Assembly (NCBI GenBank): GCA_964617955.1
Contig: CAZTXB010000002.1
Span: forward strand, 67,457 to 131,456
Reading direction: 5' to 3'
Length of the DNA: 64,000 bases
From: an uncultured Chitinophaga sp.
GTDB lineage: Bacteria > Bacteroidota > Bacteroidia > NS11-12g > UBA9320
The position numbers and the translations under genes are program-made. This document shows, piece by piece, positions 49,200 to 58,979 of this stretch (within the stretch, counting starts at the first letter, position 1; each line of letters starts with the position of its first letter). Below the pieces are notes generated by a model, which worked only from the letters and a program-made list of their open reading frames with translations, was not told where the DNA came from and searched no databases.

Positions 49200-50501
49200 A
49201 TGATGAGAATTTTAATTCTGGGGTCGGGCGGCCGCGAATGTACCTTTGCATGGAAACTAGCTCAGGATCTTCCAAAAGATGGCATTTTTATTGCTCCGGG
49301 CAATGCCGGAACTTCGAAATACGGCACGAACGTCGATCTTTCAACGACTGATTTCGAAAACCTGGCCAAATTTTGCACTGAAAACAACATCAATACTCTC
49401 TTGCCGGGAGGCGAAGATTCTTTGGTAGCGGGGGTAAGAAATTATTTCGAGTCACAGCCCGAGTTGAGTCATATTTATGTATTTGGCCCGGATAAGGACG
49501 GTGCCATGCTGGAGGGAAGTAAAGATTTTGCCAAAAAGTTCATGCGCAAATATGGCATTCCCACGGCAGCCTATCAATCGTTTTCAAAAGGGGAGGAGCA
49601 GGCAGCCAAAATTTTTTTAAGAACCATGCAGCCGCCTTTTGTGATAAAAGCTGACGGTTTGGCAGCAGGTAAGGGTGTCGTGATTTTAGAAACCCTAGCT
49701 GAAGCCGATAACTGCGTAGATGACATGCTTGCCAATCAGCAATTTGGAGAGGCCAGTCACACCATTGTGATTGAGGAATTTTTAGAAGGGATAGAAGTAT
49801 CATTTTTTAGCCTTACCGATGGTAAAAATTTTATCTTATTGCCCGAAGCCAAAGATTATAAGCGCATTGGCGAACAAGATACAGGGCTCAATACCGGAGG
49901 TATGGGGGCTATATCACCGGTAGCATTTGTTGATGATGCTTTCAGAAAAAAAGTTTATGACAAGGTCATACTCCCTACGATGAATGGACTGATAGAGGAG
50001 AACATGAACTACAAAGGGTTTGTGTTTTTTGGACTGATTAACGTGAAAGGGGAGCCGTACGTGATTGAATACAATTGCAGAATGGGCGACCCGGAAACCG
50101 AAGTGGTAATGCCACGGTTAAAAACGTCATTGGCTGACCTGATTGATGCCGCCAGAGTCATGAAAATCAACACGTTGATGCCTCAGTTTGACTCTGATTA
50201 TTGCTGCACCATCGTTTTGGTTTCGGGGGGATACCCAGAAGGTTATAAGAAAGGATTGCCCATATCACTGCCAAATCATCCGGATAGTTTGATTTTTCAT
50301 TCAGGCACCAAGCATGAAAATAATATATTGCTAACCAACGGGGGAAGAGTATTGGCCATTACCAGTTCAGGAAAAACATTAGAAGAGGCCTTATCTGTAA
50401 GCTTTAAAACCATTGCAGCTATACAGTTCGAGGGAATGTATTACAGAACCGATATTGGAAAAGACTTGTTGAAGTATGCCTTAAATAATATGACCGCTTA
50501 A
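49200..50501 (+). CDS. purD: Phosphoribosylamine-glycine ligase
   Basis: MRILILGSGGRE N-terminus and an ATP-grasp core. Confidence 0.9.
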   Translation: MMRILILGSGGRECTFAWKLAQDLPKDGIFIAPGNAGTSKYGTNVDLSTTDFENLAKFCTENNINTLLPGGEDSLVAGVRNYFESQPELSHIYVFGPDKDGAMLEGSKDFAKKFMRKYGIPTAAYQSFSKGEEQAAKIFLRTMQPPFVIKADGLAAGKGVVILETLAEADNCVDDMLANQQFGEASHTIVIEEFLEGIEVSFFSLTDGKNFILLPEAKDYKRIGEQDTGLNTGGMGAISPVAFVDDAFRKKVYDKVILPTMNGLIEENMNYKGFVFFGLINVKGEPYVIEYNCRMGDPETEVVMPRLKTSLADLIDAARVMKINTLMPQFDSDYCCTIVLVSGGYPEGYKKGLPISLPNHPDSLIFHSGTKHENNILLTNGGRVLAITSSGKTLEEALSVSFKTIAAIQFEGMYYRTDIGKDLLKYALNNMTA

Positions 50502-50522
50502 TTTATCATAGCATCAAAAACC

Positions 50523-50681
50523 ATGGAGATTTTAAAAAAAATTTGGAGTTACCTTACCTTAAAAAAAGATTTAAATGCCAAGGACAATGCTTATCTCAAA
50601 ACGATGCATGGTATAAATAAACTGTCAATTTTAATGTTTATGGTGGCATTAACCGTTCTGATTTATAAATGCTTGAAATGA
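50523..50681 (+). CDS. Candidate 52-aa tail-anchored small membrane protein
   Basis: MEILKKIWSYLTLKKDLNAKDNAYLKTMHGINKLSILMFMVALTVLIYKCLK has a single C-terminal TM helix. It lies in the 227-bp purD-to-adenosyltransferase gap and is below the ORF-track cutoff. Confidence 0.25.
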   Translation: MEILKKIWSYLTLKKDLNAKDNAYLKTMHGINKLSILMFMVALTVLIYKCLK

Positions 50682-50728
50682 AGGTTAGAGTTGAATGTAA
50701 ATCAATGATTCATTTGTAATCTACTGAA

Positions 50729-51268
50729 ATGAAAATCTACACAAAAACAGGAGATAAAGGAGAAACGTCACTCATAGGAGGCGTGAGGGTTTTAAAATCA
50801 AATGTGCGCATAGAGGCCTACGGGTGCATTGACGAATTAAATTCCTGGATGGGTGTGATCCGCAATGTAAAGGAAGTGCGGAATTTGCTCTGTATTCAAA
50901 ACATTCAGAATACACTGTTCGTCATAGGATCGCATTTGGCTTCACACCCTGAAAAAGGCAAAATGAAATTGCCGCACATCACCAACGGCGATATTGAAAT
51001 TTTAGAAAAGGAAATCGATGAAATGGAAAGCGAATTGAAGCCGCTCATGACCTTTGTGTTACCCGGAAGTTCTCAGGAAAACAGCTTTTGCCATGTTGCG
51101 AGAACAGTTTGCCGCCGTGCTGAACGCAGAGCCGTTGAGTTAGCTTCAACGGAAGCTGTAGATGAAATCATTATCCGGTATTTGAACAGATTGTCGGATT
51201 ATCTCTTTGTCTTGTCGCGCCATATCACCTCGGTGCAAAGCGGCGTCGACATCCCATGGAAACCTTGA
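50729..51268 (+). CDS. ATP:cob(I)alamin adenosyltransferase (PduO-type)
   Basis: MKIYTKTGDKGETSL...EAYGCIDELNS motif. Confidence 0.8.
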   Translation: MKIYTKTGDKGETSLIGGVRVLKSNVRIEAYGCIDELNSWMGVIRNVKEVRNLLCIQNIQNTLFVIGSHLASHPEKGKMKLPHITNGDIEILEKEIDEMESELKPLMTFVLPGSSQENSFCHVARTVCRRAERRAVELASTEAVDEIIIRYLNRLSDYLFVLSRHITSVQSGVDIPWKP

Positions 51269-51991
51269 TTACCTTCCTCCGCCCTGCATATACTGGGCGA
51301 TGCGTTCAAGATACAATCTTGGGAATGAAAAGTCCGGATAAATCTTCAGCGCTTTTTGAAAGTGGGGTACCGCATTTTTTATATGATCAACATTTCCGGT
51401 TCGGTCGGCGAGTTCGGCCAAAATAGCACCTTTCATATTGTAACAGGCTGCCAAAATCGGAACCGATTGGTCTTGCCCACTGGGCAAGGACACCACAATT
51501 CTTTTTGAAGTATCGGCTCTTTCTATCATAATATCAGCTAAACTGTCGGCCTCGCTAAAACGCTCAGAATCGAAGCACATCCCGGCGATTTTGTATAAAT
51601 AGGTATAATCTTTGGAAGCAACAAAAAGAGCGTTGAAATTGGCTATGGCCTTGTCGGTATGATTCATTCTCGCATTGGCTAAACCAATGAGTTCCAAAAG
51701 TTTTAGGTTTTTGGGTTGCTTCAGCATGACCTGCTCTCCAAGTCTGAGCCCACCCTCAAAGTTCCCCGATTTAATATAAACCCTCGCCAATGAATCTTTC
51801 CATTCCATATTTGAGGTGTCTTTCAAAAGCAATTCATTATATGCAAAAGCCGCTGTGGCATAATCTTTATTTTTTAAGGCCTGTTCAAGCAATTTTTTTG
51901 AGTGGTCCTTGGGTTGGCAATTTTGAAAAAAAGCGATTGTTAAAGCACTGAAAGTGATAACTTTAACAAAGTAATTGAATTTGGTTTTCAT
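51269..51991 (-). CDS. Secreted TPR-repeat protein
   Basis: Signal peptide from the internal start MKTKFNYFVKVITFSALTIAFF, followed by TPR-like helices. The ORF-track start at 52090 was judged an over-extension. Confidence 0.55.
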   Translation of the reverse strand: MKTKFNYFVKVITFSALTIAFFQNCQPKDHSKKLLEQALKNKDYATAAFAYNELLLKDTSNMEWKDSLARVYIKSGNFEGGLRLGEQVMLKQPKNLKLLELIGLANARMNHTDKAIANFNALFVASKDYTYLYKIAGMCFDSERFSEADSLADIMIERADTSKRIVVSLPSGQDQSVPILAACYNMKGAILAELADRTGNVDHIKNAVPHFQKALKIYPDFSFPRLYLERIAQYMQGGGR

Positions 51992-52167
51992 GTCTTCTGG
52001 AGTGAAAAATATCGAAAGGGCGACGAAATTATAAAAAAAATGTTTGTTTTTTGTTAATAAGTTTATAAGTTTGTGATGAATTATACCCATTTAGCTCGTG
52101 GGTGTAGTTAAAATTTGACAGTTTTCCGCTACTACCGGATTGTCCGTTAAATTAAAATGAGATAAAT

Positions 52168-55100
52168 ATGCGACACCTACTAACTATAAGGCTATGCCTT
52201 GCTTTGATGATTTTATGCGGATTTTTTAATCGGCAGTCTCTTGCTCAATGCGGATCTCTTAAACTGCAGAGCAATTCCAAAAGTCTTTGTCAGCCGGCTC
52301 TCTTTAAATGGGTGGTTTTGGACGTACCCAAAGGTTCCAATTTATTGTGGGACTACGGGAATGGGGAATCGGTAGGGCTAGATACCTTTTATTCATTTAT
52401 TCAGAACGCAGGAAAAGTATCACTTAAAGTTCAGGTTGTTTTACCCGATAAGTCTGTTTGTAAGCTTTCTGAACCCAATTTTGTTGAAGTTTACCCAAAG
52501 CCTGTTCCTGCCGTAGCATTTTCAAGAAATAAACTTTGTGATGGCCCTGATACGGTTTCTTACTTTGATCTTACCCCAAATTCGAATAAACGCAATTGGG
52601 TTATTGATGGTACCAATTATTACAATGCCACTAAAAAGCAAATACACTCTTATGCATCAGCCGGCCTGAAACGACTTTCCATTGTTGTAGAGGATATAAA
52701 CGGATGCAAGGCGATTAAAGAATATGACAGCATCGCCATTATATATAAAGATGTTAATTTAAATTTTGAGGCCGACCAAACCTCAGGGTGCATTACTAAA
52801 AAAGTAAAATTCACACCGAGCATTGAAAGCCATGGCCTCAAGCTCATTTCCTATAAATGGACCTTCCCTGGGGCAACTCAAAACACCCAGTTCGTGGAAA
52901 AACCTGACACTGTGTTATTTAATGCCGTTGGGAAATACTCACCATCGCTGGCAGTTCTCACTGAATTTGGCTGCCTCCACACCTTGACCCGTCAAAATTA
53001 CTTATCATGGGGAGCTATTGACAGTTTGAATATTAAATTTTCGGACACCTCAGTGTGCAAAGGACAAACGCTAATCGTAGAAAATCTCAAGAAAACTTTA
53101 CCCGGAGATTTTACCTGGAAATTGAATGGGAGCAGTGTGGTTATTAAATCCGATCAATATACTTGTAAAGCGAGATACGATACCCTTGGCAAGTATGACG
53201 TTAGCGTTAACTATAATTATAACGGCTGCAGTGTGTCAAAGGTATTCCCAAAGGCAATTCGCGTAAAAGGCGTAAAAGCTGATTTTTCATCCCCGGATTA
53301 TTACCATTGCTTGTTTCCGCATAAGGTGCATTTTACCAATTTGTCGACAAAATATGAGCAGGGAAAAATGTCCTATCTCTGGGCCTACTATTTCAACAAT
53401 CAGGTTGTAAGAGTATCGGCCAATGTCAATGATTCCTTTACAGTAACCAAAAATGGCCACTGGGATGTTGTTCTTGTTGCTAAGCACAGCAATGGCTGTA
53501 CTGATACCATTAGGCAACAAAGTTTCATTAGAAATATCCCCATCGCTCCTTTCTTTGCCTCTGATTATCAGGTGGGTTGTGTGAATCAAAACATATTCTT
53601 TTCTCAAAAAACGCCTCCGAGCTCATACAAAGCTCCTGATCAGTTCACCTGGACGTTTTTTGATAAGGATGGCAAGAAAATTCTTGGGAAATCGAAAGCC
53701 TATGCTCCCGCTTTTTCTTACAAGGACACAGGGTTATATACGGTTAAAATGATTGCCGACAATGGCATTGGTTGTAAAGACTCAATCATAAGACAAAACT
53801 ATATCGAAATCATAAAACCCACCATTAAGTTTAACCTTTCACAACCTGTAATTTGTCAATATGAATCGCTTTTGGGTGAAGGCAAATCTGAGCCTAAAAG
53901 GGCAAAATTTAATTATACCTGGTCATTTCAAAACTATAACAGTGGTAACAAGTATGAGGTGAAAGACTCCTTTTTGAAATTGAGGATGGATGAGGCCGGC
54001 GCTTACAAGTTTAAATTTGTGCATGAAATAAATAATGGTTGCCGCGACAGCATAGTCAATAACAATTTGATAAAAATCAATGGCATTGCAGTGAATCTGG
54101 CACTGGATACCTTCAATGGTTGTGTGCCTTTGAAAGTGAACCCAAAGGTTACCGGAATTTATAATTTTCATTTTAATAACCCGGATGATGCGATTCAATA
54201 CTACTGGTCAGCCAGCCCGGCCAATGGGGTTCTGATTACCAATTCCAATTCTGATAAACCACAATTTTTGTTTCAATCGAAGGGGGAATACACCATTCAT
54301 CTCAGAGCCATAAACAGCTCAGGTTGTGAATATTCAGTTAATTCACAAACCATATATGTTGGCGTTGAGGCGCGGTTATGGGTCAGCGATCCGGTGGTTT
54401 GTGCCGGACAAAGCATCGTGCTTACCAATCAATCCATATTGAGACCTACCAAGAGCAAATGGTTACTGCCTTCTGAAGCTACACTTGTTGGCAGTGCCAC
54501 GGAGCAAAGAGTAGAAATCGTTTTTAAAGACGATGCCAATCATAAGGTAGGCCTGGCTGTGAATAAATTGGATCAGTGTTTTGATACCGTTTACCAAAAC
54601 TTAAAATCCATCATTGTGAAAGCTGATTTTGTTTCACTCGACAAAGAATTAAAATGTGCTCCGGTATACGCCCAGTTTATGTCCTATTCGAAATATGCCG
54701 ACTCCCTGTTTTGGAATTTTGGTGACAGCAATTTGGTAACGACCACCGACCCCTTTGTAGCAAATATTTACCGTAAAAATACAGGATCCAAAAACGGCTT
54801 GGACGTTTCATTGATTGCAAAAAGCAACGAAGGTTGCAGCGATACTTTGGTGAAATACAACTATATTCATGTTGAAGGCCCGGTTCCAAATCTTGAAATT
54901 TTAAACAATGAAGGTTGTGAACCCCTTAAAGTTTCTTTTAAGGCCAAAAGTACCGATGCATTCAAACATTATATTAATTATGACGATGGCTCTCCCCTAG
55001 ATTCTTCATTTGCCAGCTATACCTATTCGGTAATTAGCAAGAACCTGATGGTTCAAAATTACACCCCAAGGCTTTATGCGATAGACTCCTTGGGGTGCAA

Positions 55101-57015
55101 GGCGGTTTTTGAAAGTCCTATTCCGGTTATTGTGAAGCGAAATTCAAAGGCTGATTTCAGTTTAAGCGATAGCGTATTTTGCGCCAATGAGTCATTATTA
55201 GTAAATGACCTGTCGAAGGATGTAATTCAAAGTGATTTTTATTTGCAAAGGCCCGGAAATTCTCAGGAGTTACTGAAAAGCAATACGGTTAACTTTTCAA
55301 TAAAGGGGATACATAAGCTAAGCCAAATCGTGTTTAATCTCAACAACTGCAGCGATACCCTTCAAAAAACGGTGTTGGTTAATGCCATACCCTCAGCCAA
55401 TGTTTGTGTCATGGATACGGTGTGTATGGGCAAGCCTGTAAGGATGATCGATCGATCTACTTCAGAATGGCAACTGGTATCTAAACTATGGGAAGTGTAT
55501 AACCCAACCCAGCTCTTCAAAGGAGAGGGCAATATGCTCGTTTATAATTTTAATAATTTTGGTACTGCCAAATTAATTTTAACTGTGACCGATATGAATG
55601 GATGCAGCCATGCTAAAATCCTTGATATTAATGTTCCAAACCCTTCCGATATTCCCGGAGCGGAGCTCAAATATGTAAGCTTAAATGAGGACAGTTCCAT
55701 TACGATACGCACAGAGAGCAATACTTACTATCGATTTGCATCGAAAAATATTTATGACAAGGAAGACCTCAAGCCCATTTCTACCCTTGGTTCCCGCTAC
55801 GAGGAAACTATTCAATATACGAAACCGCTTAGCTTTGACAAAGCCCAGTGTTTTGATGCGAGCATGAATGATATATGCGGTTTTGAAAGTAAGCATGGAG
55901 CGAGTCACTGTTCAGTATTTTTAAAGGTATTTGGATCAACCCCTTTTGTGAATAATTTAAGTTGGTCTGCCTATCAGGGATGGTCTAAAATTGATAGATA
56001 TCAAATTTATAGAAAGAAGGAGGGACAGAGCGATTATGAGTTACTGGCTGAAGTAGGCAACTCTCAATTGAATTACACCGACAGCGGTCTTTGTAATTTT
56101 GTGTATTGCTATTTTGTGTCGGCAATAAACAATGACCTAAACTCGAACAGCAACAGGGTTTCCCGTAAACCAGTCTTTCTTTATCCTCCGGTTAGCAAAG
56201 ACATACAAAATGTGACCGTAGCCGGCCAAAACCAGATAGGTGTAAAATGGGAAGCTTCTACAAATACCAATTTCGAAGGGTTTATACTTTACAAAACTGA
56301 AATTCCCACCTTGAGGTCGGAGCAAATCCGGATAAATCAAAATGAATATTTGGATACTAAAGTTGAATCTGATAAATATTCATACCTTTATAAAATTGTT
56401 GAAACGGATCATTGTGGATACAAAAGTTCATCGCGTTTACCAGGTAAAAGCATACTCTTAAATGCCTCAACTGCAAATTATAAAACGGACCTGAAATGGA
56501 ATAGCTATCAAAGCTGGGCTTCAGGTGTTAAGGGTTATGCCTTGCAAATTGAAGATAAGGGTATATTCCGAACCATCTTTGAAACAGATTACGACAGCAG
56601 CTTTATACACAGGCAAAGCGATGAAAACATACATCAGGCTTACTGCTACAGAGTAATGGCTATTTCCGGTGATCATAAGGATACCAGTTATTCTAATATC
56701 ACATGTGTGACTTCCCCTTCTAAGGTTCTAATGCCTAATGCCTTTACGCCTAATGGAAATGGTTTAAACGAAAAGATTGGAGTCAGGACCCTGTTTGTAT
56801 ACAATCAAAGTCTTTTAACCGGAAGAAACTTTACCCTTGAAATTTTTAACCGATGGGGTGAAAAGGTGTATTTCAGCCAGAATATCGACGAAGAATGGGA
56901 CGGTACCTATGGCGGAGTGCCAGTGCAGGAAGGATTGTACAGCTATAAGCTCAAGGCAATGGGAGTGGACAACAAAGGTTACTCTCTTAATGGCGTCATT
57001 ACCCTTCTCAAGTAA
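52168..57015 (+). CDS. Giant secreted repeat protein with a T9SS type-B (gliding-motility-associated) C-terminal domain
   Basis: 1615 aa with a signal peptide. About 10 modules of roughly 95-100 aa each end in an N-G-C-x-D/S motif. The C-terminus VLMPNAFTPNGNGLNEK...IFNRWGEKVYFS...WDGTYGG...GLYSYKL matches the CHU_C/type-B CTD. Confidence 0.75.
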   Translation: MRHLLTIRLCLALMILCGFFNRQSLAQCGSLKLQSNSKSLCQPALFKWVVLDVPKGSNLLWDYGNGESVGLDTFYSFIQNAGKVSLKVQVVLPDKSVCKLSEPNFVEVYPKPVPAVAFSRNKLCDGPDTVSYFDLTPNSNKRNWVIDGTNYYNATKKQIHSYASAGLKRLSIVVEDINGCKAIKEYDSIAIIYKDVNLNFEADQTSGCITKKVKFTPSIESHGLKLISYKWTFPGATQNTQFVEKPDTVLFNAVGKYSPSLAVLTEFGCLHTLTRQNYLSWGAIDSLNIKFSDTSVCKGQTLIVENLKKTLPGDFTWKLNGSSVVIKSDQYTCKARYDTLGKYDVSVNYNYNGCSVSKVFPKAIRVKGVKADFSSPDYYHCLFPHKVHFTNLSTKYEQGKMSYLWAYYFNNQVVRVSANVNDSFTVTKNGHWDVVLVAKHSNGCTDTIRQQSFIRNIPIAPFFASDYQVGCVNQNIFFSQKTPPSSYKAPDQFTWTFFDKDGKKILGKSKAYAPAFSYKDTGLYTVKMIADNGIGCKDSIIRQNYIEIIKPTIKFNLSQPVICQYESLLGEGKSEPKRAKFNYTWSFQNYNSGNKYEVKDSFLKLRMDEAGAYKFKFVHEINNGCRDSIVNNNLIKINGIAVNLALDTFNGCVPLKVNPKVTGIYNFHFNNPDDAIQYYWSASPANGVLITNSNSDKPQFLFQSKGEYTIHLRAINSSGCEYSVNSQTIYVGVEARLWVSDPVVCAGQSIVLTNQSILRPTKSKWLLPSEATLVGSATEQRVEIVFKDDANHKVGLAVNKLDQCFDTVYQNLKSIIVKADFVSLDKELKCAPVYAQFMSYSKYADSLFWNFGDSNLVTTTDPFVANIYRKNTGSKNGLDVSLIAKSNEGCSDTLVKYNYIHVEGPVPNLEILNNEGCEPLKVSFKAKSTDAFKHYINYDDGSPLDSSFASYTYSVISKNLMVQNYTPRLYAIDSLGCKAVFESPIPVIVKRNSKADFSLSDSVFCANESLLVNDLSKDVIQSDFYLQRPGNSQELLKSNTVNFSIKGIHKLSQIVFNLNNCSDTLQKTVLVNAIPSANVCVMDTVCMGKPVRMIDRSTSEWQLVSKLWEVYNPTQLFKGEGNMLVYNFNNFGTAKLILTVTDMNGCSHAKILDINVPNPSDIPGAELKYVSLNEDSSITIRTESNTYYRFASKNIYDKEDLKPISTLGSRYEETIQYTKPLSFDKAQCFDASMNDICGFESKHGASHCSVFLKVFGSTPFVNNLSWSAYQGWSKIDRYQIYRKKEGQSDYELLAEVGNSQLNYTDSGLCNFVYCYFVSAINNDLNSNSNRVSRKPVFLYPPVSKDIQNVTVAGQNQIGVKWEASTNTNFEGFILYKTEIPTLRSEQIRINQNEYLDTKVESDKYSYLYKIVETDHCGYKSSSRLPGKSILLNASTANYKTDLKWNSYQSWASGVKGYALQIEDKGIFRTIFETDYDSSFIHRQSDENIHQAYCYRVMAISGDHKDTSYSNITCVTSPSKVLMPNAFTPNGNGLNEKIGVRTLFVYNQSLLTGRNFTLEIFNRWGEKVYFSQNIDEEWDGTYGGVPVQEGLYSYKLKAMGVDNKGYSLNGVITLLK

Positions 57016-57060
57016 ATAGCGGGTTGGGAAATAACACAGAAATCAGTTAAGAAAAATGAG

Positions 57061-57142
57061 TGCCCGGTAGCCGATTCGAACGGCCACAGCCGAAGCCACC
57101 ACCCCCTCAAGATGGCATGTCTACCAATTTCATCAACCGGGC
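57061..57142 (-). tRNA. tRNA-Leu (anticodon GAG), class II with a long variable arm
   Basis: The reverse complement folds as acceptor GCCCGGT/ACCGGGC, D-arm ATG-AAATTGGTAGA-CAT, anticodon stem CCATC/GGTGG with loop TTGAGGG, variable arm GGC-TTCG-GCT, and T-arm GGCCG-TTCGAAT-CGGCT. Confidence 0.8.
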
Positions 57143-57423
57143 ATTAACAGACTGCAAAATTAAGGATTTTTATCTCCATTTATTGACATAAAACCAAAAA
57201 TATAAAAGGTCATTTTACATTTTTTTGAAATTTTAAGCACAGCATTTCTGAGGCCTTCATTTTTAAAATTATTTCAAAAAATCTGTTTATAAACGTTTGA
57301 GATGACCTAAAGCAGCAACAAAACCTCTCATCACATAAAGGCTGCATAAATTATGCAATACCGTTATTTATAAATTTTACCTATGAGAAGATTATCCGAT
57401 ATGTAAATCGTATTGCTTTGCTC

Positions 57424-58516
57424 CTAAAGGGCACCTTTTCCATAGGCCATGAGAAAGGCTCTTAAAAATGGACTCAGGTTTCCGTCCAACACGCCATTGG
57501 CATCGCTGGTTTCATAGGAAGTTCTCACATCCTTAACTAACTTATAGGGGTGTAAGACGTAATTTCTGATTTGAGACCCCCACTCAATTTTCATTTTGCC
57601 GGCTTCAACCTTATCTCTTTCTTCATTTCGTTTCCTAATTTCAAGTTCGTACAATTGAGATTTTAGCATTTTCATGGCTTTTTCCTTGTTTCCCAATTGA
57701 GACCTGTCTTGTTGGCATTCTACTATAATTCCTGTAGGCAAGTGTCTCAACCTCACTGCGGTCTCGACCTTGTTCACATTCTGTCCGCCTGCCCCGCTGC
57801 TCCTGTAGGTTTGCCATTCGATTTCAGATGGCTTAACTTCAATTTCAATGGTATCGTCAACAACAGGATAGCAATATACCGAAGCGAAAGAAGTATGTCT
57901 TTTGGCATTGCTGTCAAAAGGCGAAATTCTCACCAAACGATGAACACCATTTTCTCCTTTCAGATAACCATAGGCGAACTGTCCTTTTATCTCTATGGAA
58001 CAACTCTTAATCCCCGCGACATCGCCACTTTGCTCATCGACAATTGAGGCAGAGTATCCATTTTTTTCAGCCCACATGATGTACATTCTCACAATCATAC
58101 TGGCCCAGTCACAACTTTCTGTGCCCCCGGCACCTGCGTTTACCTGAATAATGGCATCGAGTTGGTCCTCTTCACTGCTCATCATGTTTTTGAATTCCAA
58201 ATCGTCCAACCATTGTAAGACTTTTGCATATTGACCGTCTATTTCCTCTTCACTTACATCTCCCTCTTCATAAAATTCCTTAAGGATTTCTAAATCTTCC
58301 ACACCGGTATTCACCTGGTTCCAGGCATCGACCCATATTTTTTTGGATCGAATGTTTTTTAAGAAAATTTCAGCTTTTTTAGGATCGTCCCAGAAGTTGG
58401 GCGCCTGAGTTTGTTGTTCTTCGTCTTGGATGAGTATTACCTTCTGTTCGACGTCAAAGATACCTCCCCAGGGCCTTAGATCTGCCCTTTAATTCCAAAA
58501 ATTGTTCGTTGGTCAT
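57424..58516 (-). CDS. prfB: Peptide chain release factor 2, with programmed +1 ribosomal frameshift at CTT TGA C
   Basis: Frame 1 reads [20 protein letters not shown] then TGA. An SD-like GGGGAGG sits 3 nt upstream of CTT-TGA-C. The +1 frame continues [10 protein letters not shown]... into the 296-aa ORF, which carries the GGQ and SPF motifs. Confidence 0.9.
58454..58462 (-). other. Programmed +1 frameshift (recoding) site of prfB
   Basis: The minus-strand sequence GGGGAGG TAT CTT TGA C matches the canonical RF2 autoregulatory shift site. Confidence 0.85.
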
Positions 58517-58517
58517 A

Positions 58518-58862
58518 TTATTTTAAACTGAGTAATAAGGTTTTCATTTCTTTAATCTCTTCCTTGCTTTTCTCGCGTTCTGACCTCTGAACAAGGGTTA
58601 GCAGGTATTCCAGGTCACTGATGATTCCCTCTTCTTCAGCGCCTTCCTCATCTTCATCGGCCGAAAAACCAATATTAAAATCGCCATGCTCATCAATGTG
58701 CTCGTAAGCCAATCGCAAGATCTTAATTACAGCAGGATCGCCTTCTTCTCTGGCCATTTCACGCAGTGCCTTCAAATTTTTTGATACAAATTCCGCATCG
58801 AATTCTTTGGCTGATTTGGCTAAAATTTTGTCGGCGAGTTCTATCGCTTTTGGATTGTGCAT
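58518..58862 (-). CDS. Hypothetical small acidic protein (114 aa), likely co-transcribed with prfB
   Basis: Internal start MHNPKAIELADK. Its stop TAA lies 1 nt before the prfB ATG. The C-terminal half is Glu/Asp-rich. Confidence 0.45.
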   Translation of the reverse strand: MHNPKAIELADKILAKSAKEFDAEFVSKNLKALREMAREEGDPAVIKILRLAYEHIDEHGDFNIGFSADEDEEGAEEEGIISDLEYLLTLVQRSEREKSKEEIKEMKTLLLSLK

Positions 58863-58979
58863 TGTTGTATTTTTGAGGCCGCGAAAATAAGAAAATAAAT
58901 TGAAAAAGTTCAAGGTATGAATCAGGAATACGAGTTTTACTTTAATAAAGGTGAGGGGAGCCATCTAAGCATGAATTAA

